Below, piece after piece: positions 8,113 through 13,909 of a stretch of 29,771 bases of DNA. Within the stretch, counting starts at the first letter, position 1. Every line of letters starts with the position of its first letter. The DNA comes from a virus. Its lineage: Duplodnaviria; Caudoviricetes. Position numbers and translations under genes: made by a program. The notes under the pieces are model-generated. The model ran no database searches. It was given only the letters and a program-made list of their open reading frames with translations, and was not told the DNA's origin. The stretch covers positions 1-29,771 of IMG/VR virus record IMGVR_UViG_3300044676_000858. One strand, 5' to 3'.

Positions 8113-8189
8113 CTGCAAGTATGCAGCACTTTATTAACTAATAGTTTAGTGACGTAGCGTCATTTGTATTTGTTACGTTACGTCACTAA
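8113..8189 (-). promoter_or_regulatory. compound early promoter/operator region
   Basis: CTGCA-AGTA-TGCAG (8113-8126) over -10 CATACT; TTAA-N7-TTTA (8134-8148); GTGACG-TAG-CGTCAT (8149-8163); GTTACG-TTA-CGTCAC (8172-8186). Confidence 0.65.
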
Positions 8190-8193
8190 TAAA

Positions 8194-8382
8194 TCAGCAT
8201 TCTATATTTATAGAAACGTTATTTCTGATGTACTCTTCGATCTGGTTATCAATCTTTTCAAGTTGTGCATCAGTGAATGGCTCCGCATTCGGTTCTTTTT
8301 CTCGAACATAAAGTGCCAGTTCAATTTCTTGCTTGATGATGCCACGAAGTGTAGTGGTTAAAGTATTGTCACGAGTGTCCAT
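8194..8382 (-). CDS. hypothetical protein
   Basis: 62 aa, AGGAG RBS. Confidence 0.65.
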   Translation of the reverse strand: MDTRDNTLTTTLRGIIKQEIELALYVREKEPNAEPFTDAQLEKIDNQIEEYIRNNVSINIEC

Positions 8383-8391
8383 GATATTCTC

Positions 8392-8496
8392 CTAAGTTAA
8401 GACTGCTAAGGCGACATATAGCCAAGCAAAGATAGTTACGGCTGCAATCAATGCCAAAATCACATCCATAATTGCGTACAATTTTTCTCGGTTCAT
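8392..8496 (-). CDS. single-TM peptide (34 aa)
   Basis: MNREKLYAIMDVILALIAAVTIFAWLYVALAVLT; fills the gap, stop overlaps next RBS; weak own RBS. Confidence 0.5.
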   Translation of the reverse strand: MNREKLYAIMDVILALIAAVTIFAWLYVALAVLT

Positions 8497-8549
8497 CTTT
8501 TTGTTTACGGACGACCATAATTTATGATCGCCCTTCTCCGTTAGTTATT

Positions 8550-8600
8550 AAGTGAAAGGCGAGCCGCTAAGCTCGCCCGAAGGCGGTGGCTTACGCCACC
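8550..8600 (-). terminator. terminator/hairpin cluster after first early gene
   Basis: GGTGGC-GTAA-GCCACC over the stop codon, then GGCGAGC-N6-GCTCGCC followed by TTTCACTT. Confidence 0.6.
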
Positions 8601-9067
8601 TTTGATCTGCGTGCTTCAATTGCTTTCATCGCTGCGATCTCTGCTTTGCTGCGCTTGTTCGCTGGTGCTTTGCGCTGGTCGAGGATGAACTCCTCACCTG
8701 TGTACTGCTCGAACCATTTGGTGTATTCGACTGCAAGTGCATCAAAGCTCATAGCTTCGATCTCAAGGCGTGGTGCAAGTCTTCCGTACTTGTCTTGTGC
8801 ATCGTGATACGCTTTGCCCTGATCCTTGTCGGATAGAGGCTTACCATCCACATCGTACTGTGTGCTACTTAAGACAAGTCCGTGAAGACGTTCTATGTAG
8901 TTGCGCTTGCTTTGCGCTGACCAGTAAGGAACCTTAGTAATTCCCATTGCTACGTCTTTTACGAAGTAGTCATTCGGTATGTCACCTACATGATCTTTGT
9001 AGTTTTCAATAATCAAGTTAGCTAGAGTATCCAAGGTTTCTGTGATTGTCATAGATTTAGTCATCAT
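8591..9067 (-). CDS. hypothetical protein, first gene of early arm (158 aa)
   Basis: GGAG RBS before ATGATG at 9067; the 249-aa track version reads through the structured non-coding region. Confidence 0.7.
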   Translation of the reverse strand: MMTKSMTITETLDTLANLIIENYKDHVGDIPNDYFVKDVAMGITKVPYWSAQSKRNYIERLHGLVLSSTQYDVDGKPLSDKDQGKAYHDAQDKYGRLAPRLEIEAMSFDALAVEYTKWFEQYTGEEFILDQRKAPANKRSKAEIAAMKAIEARRSKVA

Positions 9068-9378
9068 AATCTCCATTTGACTGAGTTGGTGCAGGGGCAA
9101 GGCCCCTGCGTACCACCCGACAACATGGCTTAGAGGGACACGACTAAGAGTCGTGCTTGCAGTTCGCATAGAATCCCCACAAGGCACCATCAGAGCAGAG
9201 TGCAGCGGAACACAAAGAGATAACCTCAGTACAGAAAGAGGATTCGTCATTGCGAACTGTCCCTCGCCATGTTTCGGATCAGTGGTCGCAGGGGGTGCGC
9301 CAAGCCAATGAAAGACAAATGAACAGAGATTATGATGCAATCGAACAGACGATCACACGGAACCTTGGATGCTCTAGC
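9021..9378 (+). other. long rod-like imperfect inverted repeat (structured RNA or ssDNA element)
   Basis: At least 12 collinear nested helices found by eye, e.g. 9021-9040/9359-9378, 9062-9073/9326-9337, 9122-9129/9266-9273, 9133-9140/9258-9265. Confidence 0.85.
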
Positions 9379-9406
9379 GGTCTTGACTGTAGTTGCGGTA
9401 GATAGG

Positions 9407-9498
9407 TGTCAATCCCAGACGCAGACGTGTGACACTACAATGTAGTTAAGTGACGCTACGTCACATCTTGACAGCTTGCCAGTCAATCGGGTTATTGT
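9407..9498. promoter_or_regulatory. divergent promoter pair with central palindromes
   Basis: TTGACA on - (9412-9407) and on + (9468-9473); ACTACA-A-TGTAGT (9434-9446); GTGACG-CTA-CGTCAC (9450-9464); -10 elements are weak. Confidence 0.55.
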
Positions 9499-9508
9499 GG
9501 GGGGAGAG

Positions 9509-9521
9509 AGGGAGAGGGGGG
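9509..9521 (+). repeat. 13-bp direct repeat, copy 1 (AGGGAGAGGGGGG)
   Basis: Identical to 9914-9926. Confidence 0.8.
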
Positions 9522-9537
9522 CTAACGAGAGGATACA

Positions 9538-9915
9538 ATGACTGACCTTGTAAATAAGAAATTGACTGACAAACAGACAGCTTTGGTTGATACACTCGTA
9601 GCATTAGGTTGTAGTGTCACTCAGGCTGCTAGAGAAGCGGGTTACGCTGAAGGTGATTCTGGAAGAGTGAGTGCTTCCAAAGCCTTACGGCAACCACATG
9701 TGCAACAGTACATGATGCAACGTGTGTCAGAGCAACTCGGTATGAATGCTACAGTTGCGGCTGCAAAGGTGTTGAAGTTAGCTTCAGGTGCCAAATCAGA
9801 GTATGTCCAGCTTGAGGCATCCAAGGACATATTGGATCGTGCTGGCTTTAAGCCTGTAGATCGCAGTCAAGTACAGGTTGCTGGGGACATACGGGTCAGT
9901 ATCGATCTGTCTTAG
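9538..9915 (+). CDS. terS: terminase small subunit
   Basis: LTDKQ...TQAAREAGY HTH and ASKDILDRAG motif; first gene of the packaging arm; GAGG RBS. Confidence 0.8.
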   Translation: MTDLVNKKLTDKQTALVDTLVALGCSVTQAAREAGYAEGDSGRVSASKALRQPHVQQYMMQRVSEQLGMNATVAAAKVLKLASGAKSEYVQLEASKDILDRAGFKPVDRSQVQVAGDIRVSIDLS

Positions 9916-9926
9916 GGAGAGGGGGG
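9914..9926 (+). repeat. 13-bp direct repeat, copy 2 (AGGGAGAGGGGGG)
   Basis: Identical to 9509-9521; begins in the terS stop codon. Confidence 0.8.
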
Positions 9927-9988
9927 TCAAAAAACCCGTGCTTCTGTCACTAGCGAGGTCTTCCCCTAGCATTTTTCTCTTTGAAGGT

Positions 9989-10025
9989 TTTGTGCGTTGC
10001 TTCAAGAAATATTTTTCCTTAGAAA
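9989..10025 (+). promoter_or_regulatory. putative late promoter 1
   Basis: TTTGTGCGTTG (9989-9999); TTGCTT-17 bp-TAGAAA. Confidence 0.65.
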
Positions 10026-10046
10026 GGTACGCATAGGAGTGAACTG

Positions 10047-10352
10047 ATGAAGACACCAGCTTGGCAAAGGAAAGAGGGTCAGAACCCACGGGGTGGCCTG
10101 AATGCAAGAGGTAGAGCGAGCGCGAGGGCGCAAGGTTCGAACTTGAAGCCTCCAGTGAAGAGTGGTGACAATCCTCGTCGTGCCAGTTTCCTAGCTAGGA
10201 TGGGTAATGCAAGAGGCCCAGAGCGTGACAGTGATGGTAAACCTACTCGTCTTCTTCTCAGCCTAAAAGCTTGGGGTGCCAGTAGTAAGTCTGACGCACG
10301 TGCCAAGGCTAAGGCTATTAGCAAGAGAAATAAGAATAAGGATACAGCGTAA
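10047..10352 (+). CDS. small basic protein (DUF6321-like, from memory)
   Basis: AWQRKEG.NP.GGLN..GR, RRASFLARM, W motifs; AGGAG RBS. Confidence 0.75.
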   Translation: MKTPAWQRKEGQNPRGGLNARGRASARAQGSNLKPPVKSGDNPRRASFLARMGNARGPERDSDGKPTRLLLSLKAWGASSKSDARAKAKAISKRNKNKDTA

Positions 10353-10654
10353 TGCCTAAAGGATCGGCTAGTCGTGCCACTTCATTGCTAAAGAAGGTTA
10401 ATAAAGAGTTATCAACGATACCTGACTATGAGCATGCCAAGATAGGTGATCGAAGCAGTGGTGAGCCATTTAAGAATGTTGTTACTGCATTGCGCCGTGG
10501 TGTTAGAGCATTGCAGGGCAAGGAATCAAAAGCGTCACTGGTGGCAAAGCAGAAGCGTTTGCAGTCTTTGATTAAGGAAGCTGAACAATACAAGGGTGCT
10601 AGAGTTCTTGAAGGTGGCTCGGTTGTATTTGGTGCATTGGGAGGAGACAAGTAA
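10352..10654 (+). CDS. hypothetical basic protein
   Basis: 100 aa, TAATG coupling on both sides. Confidence 0.7.
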   Translation: MPKGSASRATSLLKKVNKELSTIPDYEHAKIGDRSSGEPFKNVVTALRRGVRALQGKESKASLVAKQKRLQSLIKEAEQYKGARVLEGGSVVFGALGGDK

Positions 10655-10896
10655 TGCCTATGGGTAAAGGAACTTATGGATCACAGGTTGGTCGTCCACC
10701 AAAGAACAAGAAGAGTCAGTCTCTTCTCAGCCAATATGATGCTGCCGAAGCAGAGCTAGAGAAGATTATGAACAATGTACCGAAGGGTGGGTTGAGCAAA
10801 GAGAAAGATGATCGCGCTCGTAAACTACGCAGTCTTCTAAGCAAACTTGGCACTCAGCTTTCTGACATGCCTGACACAGAGAAAAGGTTTCCCTAA
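10654..10896 (+). CDS. hypothetical protein
   Basis: MPMGKGTYGSQVGRPPK N-terminus; GGAGG RBS; TAATG coupling. Confidence 0.7.
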   Translation: MPMGKGTYGSQVGRPPKNKKSQSLLSQYDAAEAELEKIMNNVPKGGLSKEKDDRARKLRSLLSKLGTQLSDMPDTEKRFP

Positions 10897-11063
10897 TGGC
10901 AGTTAATGCAGCGGGTAACTATACTAAACCAAAGATGCGCAAGTCTTTGTTTAATGCCATTAAGGCGAGAGCTACACATGGCACTTCTGCTGGACAATGG
11001 AGTGCCAGAAAGGCGCAACTGCTTGCCAAGGAATATAAGAAGCGTGGCGGTGGTTACAAATGA
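10896..11063 (+). CDS. small basic protein, DUF5872-like N-terminal half (55 aa)
   Basis: MAVNAAGNYTKP.MRK...GQWSARKAQLLAKEYKKRGGGYK; TAATG and ATGA coupling; missed by the ORF track. Confidence 0.8.
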   Translation: MAVNAAGNYTKPKMRKSLFNAIKARATHGTSAGQWSARKAQLLAKEYKKRGGGYK

Positions 11064-11296
11064 AGGCTCCTCAGAAGTCACTCCTCAATTGGGGAAAGCA
11101 GAAATGGCGCACCAAGTCTGGCAAGAAGTCTAGTGAGACTGGGGAGCGTTACCTTCCTAGCAAGGCTATTGCTGCTCTTAGTGATTCTGAATATGCAGCT
11201 ACAACCAGAGCTAAACGAGAGGGCAAGGCAAAGGGTAAGCAGTTTGTGGCTCAACCGAAAACGATTGCTCGGAAAGTAAAGAAGTATAGGACATAG
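11060..11296 (+). CDS. small basic protein, DUF5872-like C-terminal half
   Basis: QKSL..W.KQKWRT...ERYLP..A...LS...GKQFVAQP. Confidence 0.75.
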   Translation: MKAPQKSLLNWGKQKWRTKSGKKSSETGERYLPSKAIAALSDSEYAATTRAKREGKAKGKQFVAQPKTIARKVKKYRT

Positions 11297-11297
11297 C

Positions 11298-11528
11298 ATG
11301 GCATGGTATTTACCTACTGGTGAACTCTATACTGGCGAGACACATGAGCTTGCTGGTACAACGTACAGCGGCAAAACGAGAACCCCTGACTCGCGCCGCT
11401 TGGTGGAAGGGCCAGAACCAACACGTTCTCGCAGCTCCAAGGGACGATTGAAGGCAGACGACCCTTCCACTCCTGACATCAATGAGGCTTATTCTAAGCC
11501 TAAAAAGAAAGTCACTAAGAAGAAATGA
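11298..11528 (+). CDS. hypothetical protein
   Basis: 76 aa with R...GR.KADDPSTPDINEAY motif; AGGA RBS. Confidence 0.7.
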   Translation: MAWYLPTGELYTGETHELAGTTYSGKTRTPDSRRLVEGPEPTRSRSSKGRLKADDPSTPDINEAYSKPKKKVTKKK

Positions 11529-11725
11529 GCTTTGTAAACTCACTCAAACCTGAAGAACTTCGGATGCTTCGTGGCATTGTAAAGAAGGTTCACTTCCAAC
11601 ATGTGGATGAAAAGCATGGGAAGATGTTTGTGACAAACTATATGCTCGACCAAGTGATAGACAATATTGGGCCTGATGTGGCAGAGTGCATGATTAAGGT
11701 CGGAGTAGACAAAGGACTGCGATAG
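11525..11725 (+). CDS. hypothetical protein
   Basis: 66 aa, ATGA coupling upstream, TAGTG coupling to terL. Confidence 0.7.
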   Translation: MSFVNSLKPEELRMLRGIVKKVHFQHVDEKHGKMFVTNYMLDQVIDNIGPDVAECMIKVGVDKGLR

Positions 11726-13248
11726 TGGTTGATTTTAAGTACAAGCCAGACGGTGAAGTGCTGAAGTCCTTTATGAAGGATGATACTTTCTTTCGTGGGA
11801 TTCGAGGGCCAGTAGGGAGTGGTAAGAGTGTTGGATGTTGTGTTGAGGTTTTTCGGAGGGCACTTGAACAAAAGAAAGGGCCAGACGGATTACGAAAGTC
11901 TCGATGGGCTATTATACGGAACACAAACCCACAGCTACGAACTACAACTATTAAGACATGGCTTGACTGGTTCCCAGAAAACGAATGGGGAAAGTTTACA
12001 TGGTCAGTCCCATACACACACAATATCAAGCGCGGCGAAGTCGAACTTGAAGTAATCTTCCTTGCCCTTGATCGTCCCGAAGATGTCAAGAAACTCCTCT
12101 CTCTCGAATTGACTGGCATCTGGATCAATGAGGCAAGGGAGATACCGAAGTCTATCATTGATGCATGTACTATGCGTGTTGGTCGTTACCCGTCTATGCG
12201 TGACGGTGGCCCAAGTTGGACTGGTGTTATTGCAGACACCAACGCTCCTGAAGAAGATCATTGGTGGCCTATCATGTCTGGTGAGGTTCCAATCCCTGAC
12301 CACATTCCGCGTGAGCAAGCTAAGATGTTGGTCAAGCCAGACAACTGGCAGTTCTTTACGCAACCTTCTGGGATGCTCGAAGTAAAGAATGATGACGGTG
12401 AGATTCAGGATTATAAGCCAAACGATGATGCTGAGAATCGTAGGCACATGCTTCAGAACTATTACCCTAACCTTATACGAGGTAAGACCAAGAGTTGGAT
12501 TGATGTTTATGTAATGAACAAGTTAGGTGCCATTCAGGATGGTAAGCCTATCTATCCGATGTTTGCACAAGATGTTCATGTGGCTAAGGAAGAAATACCA
12601 GTTGCTGCTTCTCAGCCTCTTTATATTGGCTTGGACTTTGGGCTTACCCCTGCTGCCACTATAGGTCAGAAGGTGCGTGGCAGATGGTTGATTCAGTCTG
12701 AGATTGTTGCATTTGATATGGGCATTGTTCGCTTTGCCGAAGTTCTACGCCAAGAAATTGCCACACGTTTTTCAGAAGTATCTGATGTGTTTATCTATGG
12801 TGATCCCGCTGGTGACTTTAGAGCGCAGACTGATGAATCTACTCCCTTTCACATTCTGCGTGGGGCTGGCTTGAGGGCGTTCCCTGCGCCTTCCAACTCT
12901 GTTGACCTCCGTCTTGAATCAGTCTCCTCCCAGTTGAACAAGATGGTAGATGGTAAGCCAGCCTTCCTAATTGATCGAAGGTGCCAACAGTTAATTAAAG
13001 GATTCGAAGGCGGCTACCAGTACAAGCGTATGGAAGTGAGTGGCGAAAGGTACGCTGATAAACCTGACAAGAATATGTACTCGCACATCCACGATGCATT
13101 GCAGTATATGATGCTTGGTGCAGGTGAGGGCCGCGCACTTATGACTAATCAAAGGCCAGCTAAAGTTGTTAATGCATCAAGGAACTTTAATGTCTTTGGG
13201 AAGAGTAAGACGCAGAAGAAGCCAAGCGTTTGGTCTTTTGTGCGTTGA
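11725..13248 (+). CDS. terL: terminase large subunit
   Basis: Walker A GPVGSGKS, Walker B-like IWINEARE, DTN motif, nuclease GLDFG, GDPAG, SHIHDALQY. Confidence 0.95.
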   Translation: MVDFKYKPDGEVLKSFMKDDTFFRGIRGPVGSGKSVGCCVEVFRRALEQKKGPDGLRKSRWAIIRNTNPQLRTTTIKTWLDWFPENEWGKFTWSVPYTHNIKRGEVELEVIFLALDRPEDVKKLLSLELTGIWINEAREIPKSIIDACTMRVGRYPSMRDGGPSWTGVIADTNAPEEDHWWPIMSGEVPIPDHIPREQAKMLVKPDNWQFFTQPSGMLEVKNDDGEIQDYKPNDDAENRRHMLQNYYPNLIRGKTKSWIDVYVMNKLGAIQDGKPIYPMFAQDVHVAKEEIPVAASQPLYIGLDFGLTPAATIGQKVRGRWLIQSEIVAFDMGIVRFAEVLRQEIATRFSEVSDVFIYGDPAGDFRAQTDESTPFHILRGAGLRAFPAPSNSVDLRLESVSSQLNKMVDGKPAFLIDRRCQQLIKGFEGGYQYKRMEVSGERYADKPDKNMYSHIHDALQYMMLGAGEGRALMTNQRPAKVVNASRNFNVFGKSKTQKKPSVWSFVR

Positions 13249-13273
13249 AAAAATATTCATTCTGTGCTTTTGA
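13237..13273 (+). promoter_or_regulatory. putative late promoter 2
   Basis: TTTGTGCGTTG (13237-13247) encoded in the last codons of terL; TTGAAA -35; -10 poor. Confidence 0.6.
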
Positions 13274-13294
13274 ATAGACAAAGAGGATTTTGTT

Positions 13295-13909
13295 ATGTGC
13301 GGAAAAGAAAGCAAAGCTGCTAGTGAAAGCAAGAGCGAAAGCAAAGCTCCAACTATTGTTAAGAATATCTCAACAGATGTTAAAATTGCTACAAGTACAT
13401 TTGGTTTAAGTGGACAAGCGCAAAAAGACAAGATTGTTTCGCTTGGTTACAGCAAAGAAGCAGCCGAAGATTATCAAGCGCGATCAAAGGCAAGTATGGC
13501 AAGAGCTTTAGCTGAAGAAAAAAGAATTTCTAAAAAGAGAAGCAAACAAGCGGTTGCGACAACAACAACCACTGACACTGACGATACTGATACCACTGAT
13601 ACAACCACAACCACTAGCACAACAACAGAACGTGACACAGATATAAGTGGTGCTGGCACAACAAGCGTAACGGCTGAATCAATCTATACTCGCGATCCAG
13701 AAGAAGCGATGAGCGACCAAGAGAAGCTGGCACAAGCAGAGCTTCGCCGCCAACGTCAGCAACGCGCCATTGGTAAAGCTGAAAGATTAAGAACTAGGCT
13801 TGAAGGCGCACAGAAGTTTGGGCCACAAGGTCGCCGTGGTGGTCGTGGTCGCCGCTCACTAATGACAGGTTCTCGCGGTGGGATCGGATACTATAGTAGG
13901 TTTAAATAA
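13295..13909 (+). CDS. hypothetical pre-portal virion protein, Thr/Asp-rich linker and Arg/Gly-rich C-terminus
   Basis: GAGG RBS; MCG start; GRRSLMTGS.GG.GY tail; TAATG coupling to portal. Confidence 0.75.
   Translation: MCGKESKAASESKSESKAPTIVKNISTDVKIATSTFGLSGQAQKDKIVSLGYSKEAAEDYQARSKASMARALAEEKRISKKRSKQAVATTTTTDTDDTDTTDTTTTTSTTTERDTDISGAGTTSVTAESIYTRDPEEAMSDQEKLAQAELRRQRQQRAIGKAERLRTRLEGAQKFGPQGRRGGRGRRSLMTGSRGGIGYYSRFK

Noticed and set aside
9068-9340. N-terminal 91 aa of the 249-aa ORF 8591..9340
   Set aside because: Good RBS at the ATG 9067; the upstream part is the structured element and has no convincing RBS
9319-9405. 28-aa Cys-containing ORF on +
   Set aside because: No RBS; explained by the structured arm
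9448-9466. CRP/FNR site
   Set aside because: GTGA-N7-TCAC spacing differs from the N6 CRP consensus; treated as a phage-specific palindrome
10906-11133. 75-aa ORF from the track
   Set aside because: Shadow of the better-supported, translationally coupled 10896..11063 and 11060..11296
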